A stretch of DNA of 64,000 bases. Origin: Octopus sinensis (Eukaryota). The position numbers and the translations under genes were made by a program. The DNA is taken from the NCBI RefSeq assembly GCF_006345805.1, contig NC_043000.1, forward strand, positions 52,638,001 to 52,702,000, given 5' to 3'. Shown piece after piece: positions 1-11,925 of the stretch. The notes below the pieces were generated by a model, which saw only the letters and a list, made by a program, of their open reading frames with translations, ran no database searches and was not told the DNA's origin. Every line of letters starts with the position of its first letter. Positions within the stretch are counted from its first letter, which is position 1.

Positions 1-59
1 GAAATGTAATTGAATAATTAAAATTTCTTTTTTTTTTTCGCTATCATTGGAATGTTTCA

Positions 60-660
60 ACGTTTGTTTGTATCACTGCCTATTTATGAACAACAGCCGC
101 ATGCTGATTTTCTGGTGTCTGCATTTCCCTCTGTACATTCAGATCTGTTCACAATTGTGTCCACTTACGCGCAATACTTAATTCAAATATTCTAAAAGCA
201 CCATAGTATCCTTCGGATTTTGTTTGTGTCTCAGTTTCAGTTATTCGCCCGCACCATCTTCCCTACACCAGTAGACTACATATCTTGAGCGTCAAACAAC
301 ATACATTTCCATCGTATATTCTAGATATCGTTGAATGCAACAGATTTTATTGATGTCTTCTATGGCTTCTGTAACCTCAGGCTGCATTTTTTTTTATTTC
401 TTCACCAAACTTTATTAGAAAGTTCTTTTCAAAATAATTCTTTCGCTTCAACGTTTACAATTAGGTTAATCATGGCTATGTGGTTAAGAACTTTTCTTCA
501 CTACTAAATAGTTCTAGGTTCTGTTTCATTAGAGGATACCTAGAGAAAATGTTATCTACTTCCAGGGCCACCAAGAGAAATTTTGCAAGACGGTACATCT
601 CTCAGGATGTAGATAGATACTCTTGGTCCCATCATATGCTTATACAACAAGGTCTACAAT
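60..660 (-). mobile_element. Highly degraded non-LTR retrotransposon RT remnant (RTE-like, tentative)
   Basis: Minus-strand fragments 'QPEVTEAIEDI' and 'TPENQHA' loosely resemble RTE RT motifs (EVxxAI, LPExQAGF). Many stops and frameshifts. Confidence 0.3.
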
Positions 661-949
661 AATTAATAATAAATACTAATAAAAAGTGTCGCGTGATAAC
701 TATAATGATGTTAGTGTATGTGATTGTGAGTGTTGGGCTGGGGGTAGTAGAAAGTGCTTGTTTTAAAGGAGAGATGGCTGTTGCATGATAGTTTTAGGGT
801 ACCCTTTAGCTCTTGGGCCCCAGAAAACCGGCTACTCCACGTCTCAGAGGTCCTGCAGTTAAAGTAGACTACATTAACTCCTAGCCGATGTATGTTTTCT
901 GAGTGATTTGGTTGAGGGAAATTGTGCAAAAACCCCTTAGTCTACATAT

Positions 950-1013
950 GTGTCTATCTGTCTGTCTGTCTCTCTCACTGTACATACATATACATATACA
1001 TACATACATGCAT

Positions 1014-1098
<85 letters not shown>
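950..1098. repeat. Compound microsatellite (CTGT)/(TACA)n/(CA)n/(TA)n
   Basis: Directly visible tandem units. Confidence 0.95.
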
Positions 1099-1103
<5 letters not shown>

Positions 1104-1885
1104 CATGCCATAAATAATACTGTTTTTTAAAATTATGATAAACAGATTCCTTTTTTAATCTAAAATATACTTCCTTTCATTTTCTACAATGCTCTTCTAT
1201 CTATGTGATAGATTTACTTGGCAGACGGAAAATACTCCTCCAGTACTGTTGTGACCTCGTCTACAGAATTAATATTTTTTCCGTCCAAATGATTTTGATA
1301 AATGCGGAAAAAAATGATAATCAGACGAGGCAATGTCTGGCGAAGATGGTGGGTGGGGCATCGTTTCCCATCTAAACTGCTCCAGCCTTTGGCATGTCAT
1401 CCTCGCTGTATGCGGCCGAACATTAGACATGATAAGTTTCTGAGAAACCCATTGACCCAAATTCTGACTTCTCCAATTGCACGCAGGTGGTGATAGATGG
1501 TTGAATCACCAAACCCAAGCTTTTCTGCTAGCTCTTCGACAGTTTCATTGGGATTTTGTTCCATCAGGTTCTGCAGGACGTCATCGTCGAGCTTTACAGA
1601 TCTTCCAGGATGTGGCTCATCTTTCATGCTGTAGTTTCCGGCTCTGAATTTCTGGAACCACTGCTGACACTGGCTTACGCTTATTGTCCGATCCCAGTAT
1701 ACTGCAATGATATTCCTCGCACTTTCCGTTTCGTGGTTGCCTTTATTGTAGGCATAAAGCAAAATATGCTCAATATGCGCCTTTGAAAAAATAACTGTCG
1801 ACATAAAACTGCACCCTTCAAAACTTGCACTAAAAATAAGACCATGTAGAAGGAAGGAACAAGAGTCAACCGGACATATACAGTG
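1099..1885 (-). mobile_element. Internally deleted mariner (DD34D-type) DNA transposon
   Basis: Transposase remnant on the minus strand. Left boundary abuts (TA)n and begins GGGTCATGCCATAAATAAT (candidate TIR). The matching right TIR was not confidently found. Confidence 0.8.
1155..1804 (-). pseudogene. Mariner transposase pseudogene
   Basis: ATG at 1804 (MSTVIFSKAHIEHILLY). HTH region 'SQCQQWFQKFRAGNYSMKDEPHPGRS...TVEELAEKLG'. 'GQWVSQKL' corresponds to WVPHEL, 'SNVRPH' to DNARPH, 'HPPSSPDIASSDYHFF' to YSPDLAPSDY. C-terminus reads '..SIVENERKYILD*'. Confidence 0.9.
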
Positions 1886-2674
1886 ATTGTCGAACACATT
1901 AGATTCACGCAGAGTGGTGATAATTTTAAATGGAAAAATAGGAGGTGAAATGTCGCTTGCAGCATCGTTTTTCGTCGGATGGAGGAAATAGTCAAGATGA
2001 AAGGAAAAGAAGAAGGCACAGATAATCTGAGGAAAATTATGAGTCCTTACATGGGCCAAAAATAATTAACCGGATGATAGTGAGAGTTAGCGAGTTAATG
2101 TGATATAGAAGGCAGGAAAATGCAAAAATGGCCTGTGTGTGTGTGTGTGTGTGTGTGAGTGTGTCTGTGTGTGTGTGTGTGTGTGTGAGTGTGAGTGATA
2201 CGTGTGAGTCTGTGAAGTGTATGTGTATACATGTGTTTGCGCATGAATCAGTATATATTTGTTTATTAGGAGAGTAGTATATGTGTGCGTGTGAGTGAAT
2301 CTAACAGGTTAGTAGTAATAGGGGGTAATAGTTGAAGGGCGTGGGTCGGAAGAATGGGTGATACGTGTGTGTGAGTGCGTGTGTATTTTTGTGTGTACAT
2401 ATGAGTGCGAGTGTACATGCTTTTGTGAATGTATTCGTTTGCATGCATGTCTATGCCTATGAGTGTGTGTGTATGGGTATGTGTGTCGGTGTATGTGAGG
2501 AATGATTTGGAATTGATTATGATTATATGTAAACGTGTGTGCGTGTACGTATGAGTATGTGTCTTAAGTCCAAACGGCGTATGAGTTCGTGAAAAATGTG
2601 CAATTGTTCCTTGCAAAGTTTGGTTGTGCTAGATCTATTGTGTAAGGCTAAGGGTGGAAACTGAAATGCATTTA

Positions 2675-2805
2675 TATCCAACTACCAAATCCACTCAGAA
2701 GGCATTAGCCCGCCTGAAGCTATAGCACAAGACACATCTCCCTAGGTGCCACGCAGTGGCCTGAACATAGAACCATGTAGTTAGGAAGCAAGGTTCTTAC
2801 CACAC
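2675..2805 (-). mobile_element. tRNA-derived SINE family A, head fragment
   Basis: Matches the copies at 17320, 50080, 55720 and 57490 (GGTGCCACGCAGTGGGACTGAACCC core). Confidence 0.75.
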
Positions 2806-2806
2806 A

Positions 2807-2839
<33 letters not shown>

Positions 2840-2844
<5 letters not shown>

Positions 2845-3030
2845 AGTATCGCTTAACAACTGGTGCTGGTGTTTATGTTCCTGTGCATTAGCGGTTCCAC
2901 AAAAGTCCGATCGAATGGATACCCAGGCATAAGCGGAATCAATCACTGGTTGATTCTTTCGACTAAAATACTTCAACGCAGTGCTTCATCATGACCGCAA
3001 GTTAATGACTGAAAGCAGTAGAAGATTCGC
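2840..3030 (+). mobile_element. SINE family A, 3' body fragment
   Basis: Homologous to the reverse complement of 49835-50040 (ATCGCTT..TGCTGGTGT..TTAGCGGTTC..TGACTGAAA). Confidence 0.65.
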
Positions 3031-3866
3031 GATAAAAATATAAGTCATGGATATTTACACATACTTACTATTGGAAGGTTTTTGTGCATGCATGTATATA
3101 TGCTAATATATATGTGCTTGTACATGTATGTATGCATGCTTATACGAATGAATGCATGCACCTGCGCGAGCACACCACATGTGAGGACACCGTATTAAAG
3201 TCTATAAATTCACTTTCCAGTTGTTCAATTACTTTTAGTTATGTCCCCAAAGATTCTTGTCATATATTGCTGTGACCTTAATGGGTTTTAAAGCCTGCGA
3301 ATGACCATCCTGCGTGTGATACAGTTGTACTCTATGTCTTCTGAGAAACGAATAAACAATTTGCGTGATACAGACTTTTCTTTATTTATGGATTCATTTA
3401 CTTGATCTTCTTTCTTGTTACTCACATAGGTGTCATTTGTTACTTTTTAGTGTTACCATTTAAATCTTAACTATTCGTCAAATTCATGTTTCGTGTCTCT
3501 ACCTTATTGTGGTTAATATTTCTCTTTCTAGACCCTCAGGTTCAGCTGGTTAATTAGCTCATTCAACCTGAATTATAAATCCTAGACATATTTGTTCCAC
3601 TGTTTTTATTTTCACAGTCTAGCGAGCAGTTGTTTTCTTGTCAAAAATATTTACAATCTTCTTTCAGTTTGAATCATAATATTTTAAAGTGAAGTTTACT
3701 TGATGTTGTCCATATGCTTTCGATACACTGAATATATACGCGCGTGAGTGTGTGAGAGAGAGCATGTGTGTGCGTTTGTACGTAGTTATGTGCGTGTATG
3801 TATTCACCGGTTGCTCTCTTTCTCATTAATTGATTCCCCAACATTTTCGTCTTATTTTACTTATTT

Positions 3867-3899
<33 letters not shown>

Positions 3900-4253
3900 C
3901 ATATTTGCTTCATTGTGTTGTAGAGAGTAGGCACACGTGTGAGATGGTTGACTTCGTTGTATTCTTAGTGTGACATTCTTTTGTTAATATAATGGGATGT
4001 GATGACTGTTTGAGAGTGCTACACATACAAACACATACATACACATACGCGCACGCGCACACACACGCACGGAACTAAAATATGCTAGATAAGTGCAGGT
4101 AATATTTTGACAACGGGTCATTGCTCATCAGAAAAGCTTGAAACAGAAACGTGTTTAAGAAGGTGCCAAAGCAATAACTGGGTTCGAAACAGAAGTGTTA
4201 GAATACGATATAAAGTTAACATACGAATGTATGTATATATATATATATATATT

Positions 4254-4380
4254 CAGGGTGTCCACAAAGTCTGGGTACATGGGGACTAACACATACTTTA
4301 AGAAATTATTATTTCTTATATTTAATTGTTTATGTTATAATTTTATTTACTCTATGTACCCAGACTTTGTGGACATCCTG
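4254..4380. mobile_element. 127-bp Tc1/mariner-type MITE, copy 1
   Basis: 27-bp TIRs CAGGGTGTCCACAAAGTCTGGGTACAT / ATGTACCCAGACTTTGTGGACATCCTG (1 mismatch), set in (TA)n-rich sequence. Confidence 0.9.
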
Positions 4381-4409
4381 TATATATTTATATATATATA
4401 TATATATGT

Positions 4410-4454
<45 letters not shown>

Positions 4455-4988
4455 TGTACACGCTCATGCACACGCGTGCACACACACATATATAAAGTGA
4501 ATAAGAAAGAGTTACAGGTGTCAAATTATTACGGCCGTTTATTACGAATCCTTTAATTGATTACTAGTGGCATTACTTCATTGCAAAGAATTTTCGTCAG
4601 ATGAATTCATGATCTTCAACATAGGGGACAGTTCAACTTATTTAACATAGTTAACAAATTAAGTAGATATCAGTTGGTATTCAGTTGGTGGAATCATTCT
4701 GTTAACTGAATGGTAGCAGGATCAATGTAAATATTTTTACTCCGTACGTCTACGGTTCATAAATATTAGAGACAGTAGTTTTAATATAAAATACATGTCT
4801 AAATAATTGATAATGGATTTTTTTCAGTTAGCTGGGTCTTATTATCTGTATAAACGGCAAGAATATCATGCGGCAGGCACTTATGCCACGAGTCTGATAC
4901 TAACTTAATATTGTTGAGTATGCATGTTACTGAGACCTAACAAGCTACCTCAATGTAAGTACCTAATACAACTGAGTCTTAATTGTAT

Positions 4989-5022
<34 letters not shown>

Positions 5023-5024
<2 letters not shown>

Positions 5025-5149
5025 GGGTGTCCACAAAGTCTGGGTACATGGGGACTAACACATACTTTAAGAAATTATTATTTCTTATATTTAATTGTTT
5101 ATGTTATAATTTTATTTACTCTATGTACCCAGACTTTGTGGACATCCTG
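5023..5149. mobile_element. 127-bp Tc1/mariner-type MITE, copy 2
   Basis: Identical to copy 1; part of the tandem duplication. Confidence 0.9.
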
Positions 5150-5157
5150 TATATATT

Positions 5158-5225
<68 letters not shown>

Positions 5226-5760
5226 TGTACACGCTCATGCACACGCGTGCACACACACATATATAAAGTGAATAAGAAAGAGTTACAGGTGTCAAATTAT
5301 TACGACCGTTTATTACGAATCCTTTAATTGATTACTAGTGGCATTACTTCATTGCAAAGAATTTTCGTCAGATGAATTCATGATCTTCAAACATAGGGGA
5401 CAGTTCAACTTATTTAACATAGTTAACAAATTAAGTAGATATCAGTTGGTATTCAGTTGGTGGAATCATTCTGTTAACTGAATGGTAGCAGGATCAATGT
5501 AAATATTTTTACTCCGTACGTCTACGGTTCATAAATATTAGAGACAGTAGTTTTAATATAAAATACATGTCTAAATAATTGATAATGGATTTTTTTCAGT
5601 TAGCTGGGTCTTATTATCTGTATAAACGGCAAGAATATCATGCGGCAGGCACTTATGCCACGAGTCTGATACTAACTTAATATTGTTGAGTATGCATGTT
5701 ACTGAGACCTAACAAGCTACCTCAATGTAAGTACCTAATACAACTGAGTCTTAATTGTAT

Positions 5761-5795
<35 letters not shown>

Positions 5796-7698
5796 TCTTA
5801 GATCCTTAAAATGTTTCAGACCGAATACTGCGGCCATGCTGGGGCACCACCGTTGAATGAGCTACACTAGTATGTGAAACTACCTCTGATACGTGGCACT
5901 TGATCAACAAGGGAGTTCGATGCCGTTACTCGCATCTGTGTTTCCTGCAGAGAGATAGGTTCTGGAACCCCCGGCAAGAGGAGACCCAGTTTAGTTTTAT
6001 AGAAACCCAAATGCACACCATGCAGGTCTCACAGGCATTTGCAGAGGATGTTGAAGAGCTGTGGTCCTCTGAAACCCAAGCTGTTGCAGTATCTGGTCCT
6101 GTATATATATATATATATTGTAGCACAACTTAATATAACAACGAGTTAAAATATACATCTTAGCTCTATCGCAAAAAGAAATTTGAACGACTAAATTAAA
6201 TTAATAAATGTAAAACATGAATTATGAATAAACGTATTTTAGAAACTGAAAAATATGGAGCATCAGAAGGATTGTAAGTCGTAATTTATTTGTAATCTGA
6301 TATGCCGCTAGAGATCTTTATCTACCTGAAACGAACGCGTTCACTCACTGAATGTTCTGAGATTCAACGTTACGAATCCCTTTCTTTTTGTTCCAGCATT
6401 GCAGTATCGAGAAAATTAATCTTTGCTTTTATAATTTCTTCTTTGCCTCAAACTGTTATAGATTGCTTGCATAGAAAGTGTGTATTGTCTAAAATAAAAA
6501 CGCTTCTATCCATAACTTTTCTGCAAATTTTTGAAGTGTTATTTTCCGGGAATAAAAGTAAAATAATTCTACCCAAAACTTGGGAATACATAAACGAATC
6601 AAGAAAATAGTCAGAAACAATCACTTCCTCAATTAAGTTAAACCAATAGAAAAAATACAAAATCGACAGGAAAATTTAACGTATTCTCTCAAACTGAATA
6701 TTACTATTATGAAACAAACCACAATGGCGGCACATATTACATTAAATCCTCTTCGATGGAAATTACCAAACGAATCAGTAAGTGCCATGCTACTCGAAAG
6801 ATATTTCAGTATTAAAGATCTAAAAAAATAATTTTGCGCAACATCCTTCGATATTTATATCAGCTCGATGAACACAGTGTTTTGGATATGTTATCAAAAT
6901 AATTACCGCATTCTAATTTCGTGATATTATATTTGAAGTCGCCTTTGAAAAATTCGTCTGCTGATGTATATGTATTTAATGATATCAATGAACGAGAAAT
7001 TTCAATTTTCATTCAGTTTGATATCTATAAGTATTGTTCTTTAATGACTAAACTTACGTTTGATATGGTAAAATTTACAACGAGATTTTAGTGATTTAAC
7101 TCCGCTTGAAAACCTATTATAATTGGATTAAAAGCTCCAAATATGCGTGGACACCATTGTTTATAAAATACGTTGCATGTTCTTTCATACTACACACGTT
7201 GTAATTTTTTTGTAAATTGTGATTTCGTTGCTTTCCAAATAATTAATTTACTTCCACTTGTACACACAGTTTGCACAGTGGTCTCCATCAGCACAAATTT
7301 ACTTCTTACAATAAGCATACAAAATCTACTGATTGCGTGGGTAAAAAACAGATTCCTATACATAAGTGTAAACTTATAGCCCTGGTACGAAAATGAGCAA
7401 AATTAATATACATTAATTACACAATGCAACCACATTAGGTTTATTCTCATCCTATCTGCAATGTAAACTTAAGACTATATAACTATCTTCTTGCTAAAGC
7501 ACATTCAACGATGCTACCTTCTCATATAATATGGTCCACAAAAGGTAGTTATGTGTCTTTAGATAATAAACCAAACATTATCCTATATAATTCTCCTATA
7601 ACATTTATAGTATTGATTTTCGTTACGCCCCTTAATTCTAATATTTATTTCATGAGTAAATAATTGTAATAATTCCAACACAGAACTTATTTCCATGT

Positions 7699-7789
7699 TT
7701 CTTCTTCTTCTTCTTCTTCTTCTTCTTCTTCTTCTTCTTCTTCTTCTTCTTCTTCTTCTTCTTCTTCTTCTTCTTCTTCTTCTTCTTCT
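7699..7789. repeat. (CTT)n microsatellite
   Basis: Perfect array. Confidence 0.97.
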
Positions 7790-7799
7790 CCCCAACCCC

Positions 7800-7960
7800 T
7801 CCACCCCAGTACACTCTTTTGCGCTTCCTGCATGGTCGATATGCCAGGGATCAACCTAGGATAATTTACAGTTTCTTTTTTGATCATTCCAATTGCTCCT
7901 ACGATCACTGGCATTCTAACCGTATTGAGATGCCGCATTTTCTCGATTTCAATCATCAAG
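7800..7960 (-). mobile_element. R4/Dong-like RLE non-LTR retrotransposon, C-terminal fragment
   Basis: 'IEIEKMRHLNTVRMPVIVGAIGMIKK..IPGISTMQEAQKSVL' matches the typical R4-clade C-terminus (PVIVGALG..IQKxxL). Confidence 0.8.
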
Positions 7961-7961
7961 A

Positions 7962-8190
<229 letters not shown>

Positions 8191-8224
8191 ACCGAAGCAA
8201 TTTCTCTTATTTTTATAGACGTCG

Positions 8225-8565
8225 ATCAGTATACAATATTGTGAGGTTATTGATAGAAGATATTGTGTCTAACTGGGCTTTGTACTGTTTGTTTGTCAAG
8301 TAATAACAAGGATCTCAGACAGACAGTACTTTACGCAATATGCGCGCAGTTCCAAATAATGCGGACTTTTGCAAAACACATAGATTGTAGGGTATTTCTA
8401 AAATTTTCAGATGTTTTTCAGACTGGATGTTATTGAACCCAGTGCTTCGATGACAATAGGAATAATTTTCATCTTTAACTACAGTAGTGATAACCTGTAT
8501 ATTTGACTGAATTAGGGATAATATTTATGTTTGACCATCATATTAGTTTGACTGACAATGGGGAT
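8225..8565 (-). mobile_element. R4/Dong-like 3' end
   Basis: Minus strand reads 'IIPIVIEALGS' and then, after frameshifts, '..SALFGTARILRKV'. Homologous to 15800-16000. Confidence 0.75.
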
Positions 8566-8570
8566 TATTA

Positions 8571-8601
<31 letters not shown>

Positions 8602-8604
8602 GTT

Positions 8605-8685
8605 GTTGTTGTTGTTGTCTTTGTACAACTTCTAACGATGGAGATGTACTACGGTGTCAGCAGTTCACTACCAATGAACTAAGGT
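8605..8685 (-). mobile_element. R4/Dong-like extreme 3' tip
   Basis: TGGAGATGTACTACGGTGTCAG..AATGAACTAAGGTAACG is shared with 11950-12002. Lies next to an (ATT)/(GTT) array. Confidence 0.75.
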
Positions 8686-8689
8686 AACG

Positions 8690-8859
8690 TCTTTGCGTTC
8701 TGAGTTGAAATTCCCCCGAAGTCGAATTGCCTTTCATCCATTCGGGATTGACGAAATAAGTACAAGTGGAACACATGGGTCGATGCAGTCCGACTTACAA
8801 CTCCCTCAAAAGTGCTATCCTTGTGTCAGAATTTGAAACCATTATTATTATCATTATTA

Positions 8860-8935
<76 letters not shown>

Positions 8936-8945
8936 CATTATTATT
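8690..8945 (+). mobile_element. SINE family C core/3' part with (ATT)n tail
   Basis: GTTCTGAGTT..GTCGA..GCCTTTCATCC..AAATAAGTAC core, followed by (ATT)n at 8841-8945. Confidence 0.7.
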
Positions 8946-8949
8946 GCCC

Positions 8950-9150
8950 AAACACTGGTACAAAGCCAGTAATTCCTGAAGACGAGTTAAGTTGATTATA
9001 GCGATCCCAGTGCTCCACTGCTACTTATTTTATTGATCCGGAAACGATGAAAGCCAATTCGACTTCGGCGGAATTCGAACTCGGATCGCAAATGCAGACA
9101 AAATGCCGAGAATCATTTTGCCGTGAGTATTAACGATTCTGCTAGCTCAC
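8950..9150 (-). mobile_element. SINE family C, degraded
   Basis: Reverse complement of the same core (TACTTATTTTATTGATCC..GATGAAAG..CGAC..GGCGGAATT..GAACT). Confidence 0.65.
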
Positions 9151-10290
9151 TGCAATTATATTGCGCTAATATCAATTGTAATTTCATATCTTGTATCAAC
9201 CAGTCTTACGTTGATTTTTTTTCTATAGATTTCTTCCTCTGTATCTCAAGCACTCTTGAAATTTTGATATCCTATTCTTCATATTTCTGTTAAATAATAA
9301 TTCAGAACTAATTTCGCATCGTAAACATTGTCTATCATAAATTAATCCTATTACTTTATCTAATAAATAAACTCCGTTATAATATTTTCCTTTGCAGTTA
9401 TCAATGATTCATTGCTTCATATAGAAATCGTTGTCTTATCATTATTCCAATATTCATAAATATCTCGACAAATCTATGGTATGCTGTTTGAGCAAAAGGG
9501 TTTTAAGAAGCCTGTTCATACAACCATAGCGGTACTCACTTGAGATAATTCATTCCTTTCATAAATTATAGTTTTTCTTAGACGTTTTCGTTTAGTGAAG
9601 AGGCCTTCTTATTCTGGTAAATGCATTCAATAACCAGGATCTTTCTCATTGTCCTTCGAGGATACCTAATGTTTGTGTCTCTAGAATTTCTTTCATAACT
9701 TTTAGATTGGTAATGCTTTTTATCTTTGTAATTCCAATTTTGAGACCAACTTTCGTAATTTACTGAATTATTTTCTACACTTGACGGGTATGATGTGAAA
9801 CTGCACGTCTTATATTTCTTTTAGCTTAGCTAACATTGATAATAAAACGACCTCGAGGAAAACGTGCACCATATATCACATTGAACCACAAAAAAAAACT
9901 TCTGAACAGAATTTCAGTAGTGGAAACAGATAGCAACACGGAGAGAAAAATATATACTCACTATATTTTATCCATTCTGGTTATAGGGGTTTGTATGGGC
10001 TAGTAGCTTGTACCTTGAATTTGCTAAGTAATGCATGTGCATAGCTATGTAGTTAGCGAGGAGATATAGAGAGATTTTAGTTCATTACCATCTGTTCTTA
10101 ACGGATAAGGAAGAGTGTTGGTAGCTGGAGTGATAGGGAGAAAGATTAGAAGTATCGTGAAATGAAGAATGTTGCTCAGTGAGTGAATCGTATATACATA
10201 CATACATACATGCGTACATAATATATACCTAAAACTGTATTGTGTATTGGATCATGGAACTACTAAAGCATACTTATTTTACTTCCACAG

Positions 10291-10377
10291 TTTTGACAGA
10301 TCGGGATACTCGATTGGAGATATTGCCTCATTTTTACGTTAATTTGACTTCTTCCTCACTCATGACGGCATACACAG
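10291..10377 (+). CDS. Candidate 87-bp symmetric phase-1 internal exon (unassigned protein)
   Basis: Acceptor TACTTATTTTACTTCCACAG and donor CAG/GTAATG. One open frame: xLTDRDTRLEILPHFYVNLTSSSLMTAYT. No homology recognised. Confidence 0.2.
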
Positions 10378-10569
10378 GTAATGGAAGACTTACTCAATAT
10401 GATGATCCACATACTGGGCTATTCTAGAAACAGTTGTAAGAGACGCTATATGTTTATAATCTCTAAGTTACATGCATTTTTCAAGTGGTGCCAAACGCTT
10501 TGCCTTCTCATTTTTATTTTAATCTAATACACATAAACACACAGACATACACAGACACACATACATATG

Positions 10570-10644
<75 letters not shown>

Positions 10645-11359
10645 TATGCACGTATACACACACTCACTAAATACAAACAAAAAAGCCCATATATTATTAA
10701 CAAAAAAACTATTTGACATTCTTCTAATCCAGAAATATAGTCATTCTAGAATACACAGCAAGTAATAGATTTTGCAAAGCAATCCTATACAATATTTGGA
10801 ATACAAATAGTTTCAAATTTTCAAGGGTAAACAAAATTCCATAACCCCAAATATAATAATAAATGGTTAAGGCATGATATCATATAACGCTTCCTTTATG
10901 GAAACTAGTTTATAATATAGAAGCAGTCTCATGTTTTTATACAATTAGTGGCATTCATACGATTATTCCATTAGTACTCACGTATATTTGCAAAAATGTT
11001 TACTTATGAGAGAACATAACAATGCAGAAGTGTATGCACAATACATTTGAAAATACGGAACACATATACTTAAATGATATTATAAATATGAAAATAAAAT
11101 GTCGATAAAATATATAGAAATTAAGTGATTGTTACAGCATAAATATATATTTAATACACTACGTTTGAGTGAGAGAGAGTGTGTGGGTAGAGACAGTAGA
11201 ATAGAGAGTGTATGAGATAAAATATTATGAGATGGAAGATCAATCACTTGGTGGCCAGAATCAAGAATTCTCCAAGACAGGTTGTGATTAGCTAGACGGC
11301 GGCGGCGCAACAGAGTATGTAGCTCATTTAACGGCTTCATCTTTTAATACTGTTTTCAA

Positions 11360-11545
11360 ATTTTAGCACGTTCGGAGAGGTAGTAAGTTGATTTCATTGA
11401 CCTCACAGCTCATGCAGTACTTTTTTTTATCGATGTCGAAAAAACGAAACGCAAAGCTGCATCCAGCGCAATACGAATTCAGGACGAGAAGAAGGGTGAA
11501 AAGCCGCTAGGCACTTTGTTTGCCAGGTGTATTATTGATTCTGCC
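11360..11545 (-). mobile_element. SINE family C, highly degraded
   Basis: Weak match to the reverse complement of the family C core. Confidence 0.4.
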
Positions 11546-11810
11546 TGTTTGCAGCCTTACTTATCTGTTAATATTGACATTGGTTTAACATAGTTAAATT
11601 AAAACAACATACTTAAGAACATATAGATGTATTGTAGTCTCTAGAGTTCCAGAAAGATAGTACTGCAATCTCTTGCTGAACAACCAGAAAAGATCATTTG
11701 CTTATAATGATCAAATGCTCGTACTGAACATTAGCTTAATCCCTCCATCATATGGACTCCACTACACAACTCGCTGTCCGTTTCAGGAAGCAAACCCATG
11801 ATCTTACGAC

Positions 11811-11811
<1 letters not shown>

Positions 11812-11902
<91 letters not shown>

Positions 11903-11925
11903 TATTATTATTATTATTATTATTT
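11812..11925. repeat. (ATT)n microsatellite, 3' tail/target of the adjacent R4/Dong element
   Basis: Perfect array directly abutting the element's 3' end. Confidence 0.95.

Larger units (their letters stand above)
4230..5790. repeat. Tandem duplication, two ~769-bp near-identical units
   Basis: 4252 aligns with 5021. In the non-microsatellite part the units differ by one substitution and one 1-bp indel. Junctions lie in (TA)n. Confidence 0.97.

Noticed and set aside
6642-6815. 57-codon open frame ending near a GTAAGT
   Set aside because: No polypyrimidine acceptor and no recognisable domain.
9560-9810. ~80-codon stop-free minus-strand frame (KKYKTCSF..NENV)
   Set aside because: No splice signals or recognisable homology; within chance expectation.
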